This document shows positions 19,208 to 28,031 of a stretch of 64,000 bases of DNA, piece by piece. The stretch lies in the NCBI GenBank assembly GCA_009841045.1, contig VXMO01000002.1, forward strand, positions 41,248-105,247. The letters run 5' to 3'. A program made the translations under genes and the position numbers. The DNA is from Dehalococcoidia bacterium (GTDB taxonomy: Bacteria; Chloroflexota; Dehalococcoidia; UBA6926). Every line of letters begins with the position of its first letter. The stretch's first letter is position 1. The notes beneath the pieces were generated by a model. It saw nothing but the letters and a program-made list of their open reading frames with translations, was not told the origin of the DNA and searched no databases.

Positions 19208-20520
19208 AAGTCGGAGTTATTGGTGGGGGTGTAGGCGGCCTTGCCGCGGGCTATGAGTTCGCCAAGGCCGGTCATACCGTGGAATTGTTCGAACGCGCGC
19301 CGTTCTTGGGCGGACTTGCGTCCACGTTCGACGTTGGTGGCGGGCGGTTGGAGCGCTTTTACCATCACCTCTTCCTGTCCGATGTCACGATTATCGGCCT
19401 GCTGGATGAGCTTGGCCTGAAAGACCGCCTCATCTGGGAGGACTCGAAGGTCGGCTATTTTACACACGGCCGTATATACCCGTTCGCCACGGCGACGGAT
19501 CTTTTGCGATTCAATCCCGTAAGCTTCATCGACCGCATCCGCATGGGCTTGGTGACGCTCTACATCCAGCGCATCAAGAACTGGAAGAGGCTGGAAGACA
19601 CGACCGCCGCCGCGTTCATGCGCAAATGGGCCGGGCGGCGCAACTACGAAGAGATCTGGGAGCCGCTGCTTCGCGGCAAGTTCGGGCGCTATGCCGAGCA
19701 GATCGCCATGCCGTGGATGTGGAGCAAGTTCGCCACGCGCGTTGCCTCCCGCAAGAGCCTGCTTGGCCGCGAGCAGCTTGGCTATATCGAGGGCAGTTGG
19801 CAGGTGCTGATTGACGCCCTTGAGCAGCGCATCACGGAGATGGGCAGCGAAGTGCGAACGGGAGTTGGCGTGTCCCGCATCGAAACCACGGACAACCATG
19901 TAACGGGGTTAACGATTGCCGATTCAGACGGCACCGAGGAAAAGCGCGACTATGATGCCGTGCTCGCCACCGTACCCAGTTTCCTGCTGCCCCGCCTCGT
20001 GGACCTACCCGAGGACTATCTCAGCAAGGTCAGCACAATCGACTACGAAGGTGCGATCGCCGTGATCTGGGTGATGAATCGTAGCCTCTCGCCCATCTAT
20101 TGGCTCAACATCGCGGATGCCGATATTCCATTCCTGCTCGCGCTGGAGCAGACCAACCTCGTCCCGCCGTCCGTCTACGGCGGCAAGCACATCCTCTACA
20201 CGGCGGACTATGTGACGCCGGACGACCATCGCTGGGGACTGTCAGACGATGAACTCATTGAGAGCTACGTCGAGCACCTGCGCAAGATTAATCCTGAATT
20301 CGACCTGTCATGGGTGGAGCGGACATACGTCCACCGCGAGGGCGCGGCGCAGCCCATCATGACCACGCATTTCAGCGACAAGATACCGCCCAACAAGACG
20401 CCCGTCGACGGCCTCTGGCTCGCGGCCATGAGCCAGATCTACCCGGAGGATCGGGGAACCAACTACAGCATCCGCCAGGGTCAGGACGTTGCCCGCGCCA
20501 TGATGGCGGAGGCGGACTAA
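19204..20520 (+). CDS. FAD-dependent oxidoreductase (protoporphyrinogen oxidase/amine oxidase superfamily)
   Basis: MKVGVIGGGVGGL Rossmann motif, LGGLA, LERFYHHLF, YPEDRGTN; ATGA overlap with the upstream gene. Confidence 0.88.
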   Translation: MKVGVIGGGVGGLAAGYEFAKAGHTVELFERAPFLGGLASTFDVGGGRLERFYHHLFLSDVTIIGLLDELGLKDRLIWEDSKVGYFTHGRIYPFATATDLLRFNPVSFIDRIRMGLVTLYIQRIKNWKRLEDTTAAAFMRKWAGRRNYEEIWEPLLRGKFGRYAEQIAMPWMWSKFATRVASRKSLLGREQLGYIEGSWQVLIDALEQRITEMGSEVRTGVGVSRIETTDNHVTGLTIADSDGTEEKRDYDAVLATVPSFLLPRLVDLPEDYLSKVSTIDYEGAIAVIWVMNRSLSPIYWLNIADADIPFLLALEQTNLVPPSVYGGKHILYTADYVTPDDHRWGLSDDELIESYVEHLRKINPEFDLSWVERTYVHREGAAQPIMTTHFSDKIPPNKTPVDGLWLAAMSQIYPEDRGTNYSIRQGQDVARAMMAEAD

Positions 20521-20978
20521 CGCACCTTGAAGTTGGTTTCCACCTCCACGCAGGAGCCGCGTGGCAGGGATCCCATGCCGATGGCGTTGCGCGCGTGTCG
20601 TCCCGCGTCGCCCAGAACGGCAACAAGCAGGTCCGACGCCCCGTTCGCGACGATCGAGTGCTGATCGAAATCGGGCACGGCATTCACAAAAACAGTTATC
20701 CGCGTCACCGACTCAATGGCATCAAGCCCACCATCAAGCGCGTTTTCCACTGCTGAAAGCGCATTGAGCGTCGCGATGCGAGCCGCCTCTGTCGCCTGCT
20801 CAACCGTCACGTCCGCGCCAACCTTGCCGGGTGAAATCAGCTCGCCGTCTTGCGTCGGAAGTTGTCCGGCCACGTAAAGGGTATTGTGGACACGATTGGC
20901 GGGTGTGTAGTTGCCGCCGGGTGTGGCGGGTGGAGGAAGAGTGATTCCGAGTTCCTTTAGTCGATCCGCTACTGTCAT
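20517..20978 (-). CDS. RidA/YjgF family protein
   Basis: LGITLPP..PGGNY, YVAGQLP, VANGASDLL, GRHARNAIG..LP. Confidence 0.92.
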   Translation of the reverse strand: MTVADRLKELGITLPPPATPGGNYTPANRVHNTLYVAGQLPTQDGELISPGKVGADVTVEQATEAARIATLNALSAVENALDGGLDAIESVTRITVFVNAVPDFDQHSIVANGASDLLVAVLGDAGRHARNAIGMGSLPRGSCVEVETNFKVR

Positions 20979-22264
20979 TGCTGCGTGCCTCCTGTATTGA
21001 TCTCTTCCGTCTCCGGTCGCTGCGTCACCGGCCAAATGGAATCCAGTTCAGAGTACTGCGGATAGCGCCCGGCGAGCAGCGGCATATGGTCGGGTGTCAG
21101 CAGGACGGGCGGGAGATCGTCCAAGCCGCCGCGCGCGCGGCTGATGACAATCTCATCAGCACCAAACGGCTCGCCCGCCTCTGTGCCCGTGCTGTGGATG
21201 AGGACGCCGAACCCGCCGAACCCGCTCGGCTTGGTGAGTTCAAGTATCGCCATGCGATTGGCCATAACGTCCTGCGGCGGTAGATCTAGCTCGCGCAGCG
21301 CGTCAATGAACGCCTGCGAGCCGAGTTTCTTGAGATACCGCTGCTGCGTCAACAAACCCTCTGTCCATAGTCCCGCCGCCTCCCCGGCCCATGCCAGCGA
21401 CGTGAAATCCACGTGCGCCGTGATGTCCTGCCTGCCTAGCCGGATATAGGGGTTAGTGGAGGACGTGTGGTGGTGGTAGCAGAGCAGGGTGCCCTCCCGC
21501 CGTGAGCCGTCATACAGCGTGGCGGCAGGATAGCCGTAATCGATGGTGAAGACGAACCCTCTCCGCAGCCGGGACGCGGTCTCCGTGAGATGTGCCGGGC
21601 CGCCAAGGTCGATTTCCGCCTTGCTGCCATTCGGCAGCGTCACATCCAACTTCCTCAACCGTTCCGCCAACGCTGGCGTCGACGGCTGCGCAATCGTCTC
21701 GATGAATCCCCCGTCCGTCGCGTCGACGAGCAGCTCATAGAGCGTTTCACCCTGTTGAATCACACGGTGGCGAGGCATGGCGTCATACAACTCATTCGAG
21801 ATAATCACACCGGCCTCAATCTCGTCCGGGGACGTGTTACCGTTCCAACTGATGGCAATTCCCGTGTTGCCGTCCTGTGGCGCCGTCACACGCCCAGTCC
21901 GCCCAAACTCTACGATCCGATAATCGACAGCCCTGCAGAAATCTGCCGCCAAGTGTTGGGTGTAGTTGAAAACATCCTGAGCGAGACGCCCCTTGCCGCC
22001 GCCCTCTTCAACAACGGTGAACGACTCCGGCTGGCCCAGCAGCTCCCAGCAGCGCTCAAGCTGCAAGGCGAGCAACGCCCCAAACGCCGGGTGAGTGGCG
22101 GGCGCAGTATAAAAGTCCCCCGCTGGCCCAATACGCTCGTCGAGGCTGCTGTAGTAGCCGCCGTCGAGGTCATAGAGGACGACGCGCATGAAATCGGCGA
22201 AGGGGATAGGACCCCTTCGCCGTATTTCGTCTCTAAGCCGGGCCTCCAGCGTCTGCCGGGCCAT
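20975..22264 (-). CDS. SAM-dependent methyltransferase, MidA/NDUFAF7 (DUF185) family
   Basis: GPIPFADFM..LY..GYY, GDFYTAP, EEGGGKG, SNELYDAMP, IDYG, QDITAHVDF. Confidence 0.9.
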   Translation of the reverse strand: MARQTLEARLRDEIRRRGPIPFADFMRVVLYDLDGGYYSSLDERIGPAGDFYTAPATHPAFGALLALQLERCWELLGQPESFTVVEEGGGKGRLAQDVFNYTQHLAADFCRAVDYRIVEFGRTGRVTAPQDGNTGIAISWNGNTSPDEIEAGVIISNELYDAMPRHRVIQQGETLYELLVDATDGGFIETIAQPSTPALAERLRKLDVTLPNGSKAEIDLGGPAHLTETASRLRRGFVFTIDYGYPAATLYDGSRREGTLLCYHHHTSSTNPYIRLGRQDITAHVDFTSLAWAGEAAGLWTEGLLTQQRYLKKLGSQAFIDALRELDLPPQDVMANRMAILELTKPSGFGGFGVLIHSTGTEAGEPFGADEIVISRARGGLDDLPPVLLTPDHMPLLAGRYPQYSELDSIWPVTQRPETEEINTGGTQQ

Positions 22265-22284
22265 GGGCGTATGTGTTTCCGTGT

Positions 22285-23154
22285 CTACTGGATTGCGAAC
22301 GACTCAATCATCTGGTCGACGTCCCGTGAGCGCAGTCGGGAATTCAGGCTGGCGTAACGCTCATCCAGAGGCTCGGGGTTGTCCGCCGCGTATAGGACAC
22401 CGAGCGGGATACCCGGATCCTGCGCAATCCTCAGTGCCTCCCTGAAGTCCGTCGGATCATGGCTCTCCGGGACGTCATACGTCAGTGGATCGATGCCCTT
22501 CTTGGCGTTGCCTCGAAGGACATCGTAGTTGTCGTTATAGGTGGTGCAGGGGGACTGTACGTGGACGATCGAGAAGCCCGGGTAGTCCATGCCTTCTCGA
22601 ATCATCTGCGCCATCTCGCGCGGCTTGCTGGAGAATGCCGATGCGACAAACGACGCGCCCAGTGACAGGTAGTACTGGAACGGCTTGACCTCTCCCTCGA
22701 TCTTTCCGCCGGGCGTGGTGCTGGTCACGACACCGAACTGCGTCGTGGGGGAGCTCTGTCCCTTTGTCAGGCCGTATACGCCGTTGTCCATGATCACGCA
22801 GGTCACGTTCAGGTTTCGCTGGGCCGCAGGGCCGATGTGCTCCGCTCCGATGCTCAGGAAATCCCCGTCGCCGGCGACAACCATGACCTCAAGGTCCGGG
22901 TTGCCGCTCTTGATGCCAAACGCGACAGGCAACGTGCGCCCGTGGATGCCGTGAAAACCGAACGGCTGCGGGCCGTCTGTCAGGTGAACCAGGTTGCCCG
23001 AGCAACCGATTCCCGCGACGATCACGTTGTTCTCAAACGGGATGTCCATTTCGGTCGTGCGCGCTGCAATCGTCAACTCAATGGCGCGTTTGACGCCGAA
23101 GTCGCCGCAGCCGGGGCACCACTTGAAATCGTACTCGGGATTCCGCTTCGTCAT
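22285..23154 (-). CDS. 2-oxoacid:ferredoxin oxidoreductase beta subunit
   Basis: WCPGCGDFG, GIGCS, HGRTLP, GDGD, DNGVYGLTKGQSSPT, SPCTTYN. Confidence 0.95.
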   Translation of the reverse strand: MTKRNPEYDFKWCPGCGDFGVKRAIELTIAARTTEMDIPFENNVIVAGIGCSGNLVHLTDGPQPFGFHGIHGRTLPVAFGIKSGNPDLEVMVVAGDGDFLSIGAEHIGPAAQRNLNVTCVIMDNGVYGLTKGQSSPTTQFGVVTSTTPGGKIEGEVKPFQYYLSLGASFVASAFSSKPREMAQMIREGMDYPGFSIVHVQSPCTTYNDNYDVLRGNAKKGIDPLTYDVPESHDPTDFREALRIAQDPGIPLGVLYAADNPEPLDERYASLNSRLRSRDVDQMIESFAIQ

Positions 23155-23197
23155 TGCCTGCTACCTCTTTCTTTCGACTCTGCCCGTGCTTTGGGCG

Positions 23198-24928
23198 CTA
23201 GACTCCGACCTTGCTGCCCGCCATGGCCTCAACCTCGGCGGTGACTCTCTCAACCAGGTCTGCCACCTTGAACGGCAGGCCCGTGTACTGCGTGATTGAT
23301 TTCGCGTTGACGCCGTGCTGGCGCAGAATGGAGGACAACTGCCCAAGGTAGTTGAGCTCCGGCACCAAGACCAGCTTCTTCTCTCGCAGCTCATCCAGCA
23401 GCTTGGGATTGAGCGGCGAGATGAACATGGTGTAGTACCAGCCCACCGGCACACCGTTCTCCATCATCTTCTCATATGCCTCATGGGCCGGCCCCTTGGA
23501 CCCGCCCCACGGCATGATGACCACGTCGTTGTCCGTGTTTCGCGTCTCGTACGGCGTGTCCTCAAGCAACTTCAACTTGCCGAACCGACGCTCCGTGCCG
23601 CGGACGTGGTGAACCGGCAGGTGCGTTGTGTCGCCGATCGTATCGTGCTCGCTCGCGTTGGCGACGTATGCCCCCGGGCCGCCGGGAAGCGGCATAGGAG
23701 TAACGGTATCTCCCTCGTAGCGCTTGTACCCGTTCGTGCCGGTGTAGACCTGCCGTGCTTCTACCTCAACCAGCGAAGGATCAGGCTTGCGAATGTTCTG
23801 CACGCGCTCGGAAAGCATGTGCTCGGAGAGCACAATCACTGGACCTTGGTAGCGCTCCGCCCAGTTGAGAGCGTGCATCGCTGCGTAGAAGCACTCCTCG
23901 ATGGTGCCGGGCGCTATGACCGGCAACTGCGAGTCGCCGTGCGCTGGATGCATTGCCATGTACAGGTCCGACTGCTCTGACTTGGTGGGCAGTCCGGTTG
24001 CGGGGCCTCCCCGCTGAACGTCGATGACCACGCATGGAATCTCCATCATCCACGCCATGCCCAGTCCCTCGCTCATGAGTGAGAAACCGGGCCCTGCGGT
24101 GGATGTCATGGCCTTCTTGCCCACGAACCCTGCGCCGACGATGGTGCTGATGGACTCGATCTCGGAGCTTGCCTGGTAGACGAAAGTCCCCTCGCCACGG
24201 AGATTCTGCTCCATAAAGACGAGGATGGACGTAGCAGGGGAGATCGGATAGCCGACAAAGAAGTTTAGCCCGGCGGCGAGTGCGCCCAGTCCAAAGCTCT
24301 CATTGCCCTTGATGATGATCTGCTCGTAATCGGGCGGATCGGGGGCGGCCAACTCGCCAAGCGAGAATCCGCTCTCCCTCGCCGCGTCGCGCCCAAGCCC
24401 AAGGCCCATGCTATTGGCCGCGACGACTTCGGCGTCGTTCGGGCGGCCCCGTGTGAACCGCTTGACGTTGAAGTCTTCGAGGTACTGCTCAGGCCACGTG
24501 ACGAACTGTGCCACGGCGCCAAGGATGACCATGTTGGCGGCGCGCGGGTTGCCGGTGGACTTTCCAAGCTCCTCGTAGGGAAGGGCCACGATGTTCATCG
24601 AGCCCTTGTCTTCCTCAGGAACTTCAAAGACTGCCGAGTCATAAACAAGAATGCCGCCGTCACGAAGCTCTTCCTTGTGGACCTCGTAGGCCTCCTCGTT
24701 GAATGCGACGAGCACGTCAAGCGTGTCGCCATTGCTGAGCGCCGGTGTCACGGAGATGCGACACTGGCTCCACGTGGGCCCGCCCATAATCTGGGACGGG
24801 AATGTAACGAACGTCATCACGTGGTATCCCACCTGCGCGGCTGCTGCGGCGAGGGCCTCGGATGCGGTCACCATGCCCTGTCCACCTTCGCCCGCGAAGC
24901 GGATCACAAAGTCTCGTGTGGCTGCCAC
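23198..24928 (-). CDS. 2-oxoacid:ferredoxin oxidoreductase alpha subunit with fused gamma domain
   Basis: AGEGGQG, GYPISPA, TSTAGPGFSLMSE, DVQRGGPATGLPT, ELNYLGQL. Confidence 0.95.
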   Translation of the reverse strand: MAATRDFVIRFAGEGGQGMVTASEALAAAAAQVGYHVMTFVTFPSQIMGGPTWSQCRISVTPALSNGDTLDVLVAFNEEAYEVHKEELRDGGILVYDSAVFEVPEEDKGSMNIVALPYEELGKSTGNPRAANMVILGAVAQFVTWPEQYLEDFNVKRFTRGRPNDAEVVAANSMGLGLGRDAARESGFSLGELAAPDPPDYEQIIIKGNESFGLGALAAGLNFFVGYPISPATSILVFMEQNLRGEGTFVYQASSEIESISTIVGAGFVGKKAMTSTAGPGFSLMSEGLGMAWMMEIPCVVIDVQRGGPATGLPTKSEQSDLYMAMHPAHGDSQLPVIAPGTIEECFYAAMHALNWAERYQGPVIVLSEHMLSERVQNIRKPDPSLVEVEARQVYTGTNGYKRYEGDTVTPMPLPGGPGAYVANASEHDTIGDTTHLPVHHVRGTERRFGKLKLLEDTPYETRNTDNDVVIMPWGGSKGPAHEAYEKMMENGVPVGWYYTMFISPLNPKLLDELREKKLVLVPELNYLGQLSSILRQHGVNAKSITQYTGLPFKVADLVERVTAEVEAMAGSKVGV

Positions 24929-25215
24929 TAAATTCCCCCTTGCGACCTTTGTTTTCGGCAGGCCAGTAGTGCATGGCGATTGCTAGAAAGGCTGTAGTTA
25001 CCGAGCCCCCGCGAAGCGTCCGCCGTAAACCTGCCCCGTGCATTATGACGCAACGCATTTGAGTATAACAAACGTTTGAATGACGCGGGCATTATTCGGA
25101 CAAGGTTATGGAACGTTCAGAGACGATTTGCGCGGAGCTAGGGAGTACGTCGGCTGATATAATCGGCGGCAACATAGCACGAGATGCGCAGAGGCGCATA
25201 AGAGGTACTTGCGTA

Positions 25216-26364
25216 ATGTCCGAATCCGTCAATGAAGTAGCCCCCGGCATCTTCCAGATGCGAATCCCGATGCCGGAGAACCCGCTCGGCTACACCCTTC
25301 CATATCTCGTCACCGGCCCGGACAAACCCATCCTCATTGACACCGGCCTCCGCTCCGAGGAGGGCATTGAGGCCCTCGAAGACCAGTTGAGGGGGCAGTT
25401 GGGCATCAAGCCCGGCCAGATCGATTTCATTCTTATCACCCATAACCACCCCGACCACTATGGTCTTGCTATCGATGCCAAAAAGCTCACCGGTGGGCGC
25501 ACGGCCATGCACCGCATCGACTGGGAACAGAGCCCATTCCGAGAAGCGATGGAGGCCATCAAGCGCGACCCTAAAGCAGCGCGAACAGGCGGCGAGGATC
25601 GCATGAAAGCCTGGTATCGCCGACACGGCGTGCCCGAGGAGGAATTGCAGGGACAATTATTTGGTGGGAGGCGCGGCCGCCGGGCAATTCAGGAGGAAGA
25701 ACGGCGACAGGAGCATCCGGAAGGCATCCCATCTCACGGAGACTCAGCGGAACGCGGCGCGGGAGAAGAACGTGAGGCAAGGCAGTGGGCGCTATTCCGT
25801 GAGTTTGAGCCGCCTGACCTGCTGCTTGACGGCTCGGAGGTCTACAAGACCGGCAAGCACAACCTGCGCGCGTTCTGGACGCCCGGCCACACCCCAGGCC
25901 ATCTCTGTTGGGTCGATGAGGAAGCCCGGCTTGTCTTTACCGGCGACCACATCCTTCCCATCATCACGTCCAACGTCTCAGTGCGGATGACGTCGGACGG
26001 TGACCCCTTGGGTGACTATCTTGATTCCGTAGCGAAGGTTGGCGAACTGGATGTCGATCTCGTCCTGCCCGCTCACGAACATCACTTCACTGACCTCAAG
26101 GGCCGCGTGGCGGAACTGCATAAACACCACGACGCCCGCCTGGATGCCGTCCTGAAAGCCGCGGACGGCCCGCCCCGCACAGCCTATGAGGTCGCGGCAG
26201 GTGTGCCCTGGGACGTCGGTGGCTGGGATGAGATGGATGAGTTCCTCCGCCGGGCAGCCGTTGGAGAGACGCTTTCGCACCTGGAGCACCTGAGCCGCAA
26301 GGGAACAACACGCCGTATCCGTGACGAAGGGTCGCCTCTGGTAAGGTGGCAGGCGGTGCAATAA
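25216..26364 (+). CDS. MBL-fold metallo-hydrolase with C-terminal winged helix
   Basis: LIDTG, THNHPDHYG, TPGHTPGH, TGDH, PAHE; AGAGGT RBS before ATG 25216. Confidence 0.92.
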   Translation: MSESVNEVAPGIFQMRIPMPENPLGYTLPYLVTGPDKPILIDTGLRSEEGIEALEDQLRGQLGIKPGQIDFILITHNHPDHYGLAIDAKKLTGGRTAMHRIDWEQSPFREAMEAIKRDPKAARTGGEDRMKAWYRRHGVPEEELQGQLFGGRRGRRAIQEEERRQEHPEGIPSHGDSAERGAGEEREARQWALFREFEPPDLLLDGSEVYKTGKHNLRAFWTPGHTPGHLCWVDEEARLVFTGDHILPIITSNVSVRMTSDGDPLGDYLDSVAKVGELDVDLVLPAHEHHFTDLKGRVAELHKHHDARLDAVLKAADGPPRTAYEVAAGVPWDVGGWDEMDEFLRRAAVGETLSHLEHLSRKGTTRRIRDEGSPLVRWQAVQ

Positions 26365-26410
26365 CCGGCAAAGAAGGTACAATCGGGACAAGCGAGCGCG
26401 GGGAGAGGAC

Positions 26411-27259
26411 ATGGCGGACGTAGAAACTGCCGTACAGGCTCTCAAGGAAACGGCATCGGCGCATGAAGGACGAAATATAGTTGACCGCGCATTCGCTCGT
26501 GAAGTCGATACCCTTCTCGACGGCTTCTACGCTGACATCACTCAACTCAAGCGAATAGAGCTCCAGAGTCTGTTTGACTTGTTCCTGCTCAAGGCGCTTT
26601 ACATAGACCGCCACAGCACCAGCATCGCCACGCTTGACTATCTTGGGAGCTTGCTTGCGCGCCATGTGCGGATGAGAGAGATCTTTCCGATTCCTGATCT
26701 CGCCGCCCACTTTGGCAACCTGCTGGAAAGCCTCATGGAAGAGGCGGAGCATGGCGCGGCACGGGAAGCGCAGAATCTCTTTGAAGCCAACAGGAACATC
26801 GCGGATAGCACGCTCTTCCTGATCGGCATCTTTCCAGCGAGCTTGACTGGCCGCCGTAGCAGATGGCGCCGCCGCCGCAGTCCCGCGATGCAGGCCATCC
26901 CTCGGCTGGACATCAGCTACTACACGCGACTGGGGCGGAGCCATTACGCGCTCGCCTCGGAACATGAGTTGGCGCGCTGGACGGGTCTGGACGGCGTGCT
27001 CAGCCGTCTCTCCAACAACTTCGATATCTACGCGGAAGTCCTGTCAGAAGTGGCGCAGACATTCATCCATGGCGTGGACGTGCAGCGCGTGACAAATCTC
27101 ATGCTGGACAGCTACAACGCATGGCGGCGGACGGGCGACCCACAGAGGATGGAGGAGTTGCGCAAGTACGCGGCTCTACTCGCCCTGGATCCACGTCGAG
27201 CGTTCTCGCGCCTGCGCCGCCGTCAACGCTACGTCCTGCTTGACCAGCCCGGTCAATAG
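26411..27259 (+). CDS. Hypothetical protein, predicted all-helical
   Basis: 282-aa ORF with GGAGAGG RBS; no family recognised with confidence. Confidence 0.75.
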   Translation: MADVETAVQALKETASAHEGRNIVDRAFAREVDTLLDGFYADITQLKRIELQSLFDLFLLKALYIDRHSTSIATLDYLGSLLARHVRMREIFPIPDLAAHFGNLLESLMEEAEHGAAREAQNLFEANRNIADSTLFLIGIFPASLTGRRSRWRRRRSPAMQAIPRLDISYYTRLGRSHYALASEHELARWTGLDGVLSRLSNNFDIYAEVLSEVAQTFIHGVDVQRVTNLMLDSYNAWRRTGDPQRMEELRKYAALLALDPRRAFSRLRRRQRYVLLDQPGQ

Positions 27260-27274
27260 CTTTTCCGCCTTACG

Positions 27275-27772
27275 CTAAGCTAGCGCAAACTCGCGCTGTA
27301 GCCGTTCGTCGCTGTCCGGCGCTTCCGGTTTCGCCTCGTCCACCCACAGACTACCGTGGCGTTCAGCGATGACCAGGGTGGGTAGGGGGCCGTCCGCCGG
27401 TCCCGCGACCAATTCCCCGAGACGGTTGAAAATTGAAGCGTTACGGGAACAATAGAACCGGCCAATCGACGCCAATGCATCCTCAGATTGTTCGTCTCCC
27501 CGCCATTCAACTAATGCCCCGTCATTTGGACAACGGGAACGCAGGGCGAGAATGCCTGTCGCCGTACGGACGGCGTGGATATCGGCACGCCGAGGCGACG
27601 TGACAACGTCGCCTACTGCCAGTTCACGCAGACTCTCGATACTGCCGATCAGAGTGAGATTGTCAGCAGTCGCGGATCGTGACGTCTCTGTTGGTGAGGC
27701 CGAATCATCCCGCCGCCAGGACATAGTGAGGAAGGCGCGGCGGCTCAGTTCATTCTCGTTGTGGCTGGTCAT
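27275..27772 (-). CDS. Rieske-fold protein lacking both His ligands
   Basis: RCPNDGALVEW...FYCSRNASIFNRLGELVAGPADGPL aligns to the Rieske pattern CxHxGC..W...CPCHGS.F...G....GPA..PL. Confidence 0.7.
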   Translation of the reverse strand: MTSHNENELSRRAFLTMSWRRDDSASPTETSRSATADNLTLIGSIESLRELAVGDVVTSPRRADIHAVRTATGILALRSRCPNDGALVEWRGDEQSEDALASIGRFYCSRNASIFNRLGELVAGPADGPLPTLVIAERHGSLWVDEAKPEAPDSDERLQREFALA

Positions 27773-28031
27773 TGCGGTCTCACGTGTATACTTGCGCCCA
27801 GTTCTTTGGCCTTTCCTGCTACCGTTGTATCATGGTGAACGCAGTGTAAACGAGGTGAATGCCCTCATTGCACGACATTTCGCGGAGGGATCGCATAGCC
27901 AGGTCTAGTGCGGCCGCCTGCTAAGCGGTTTGTCCTTTAATCGGGACACATGGGTTCGAATCCCATTCCCTCCGCCATCGCATATAATCCGCCCGTACAG
28001 GGCAATTGAAACGGGGATGTTGAGGGACGGA

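Noticed and set aside
25069-25078. Palindrome CAAACGTTTG between the divergent OOR and MBL genes
   Set aside because: Only 10 bp and a single copy; could be an operator but cannot be told from chance.
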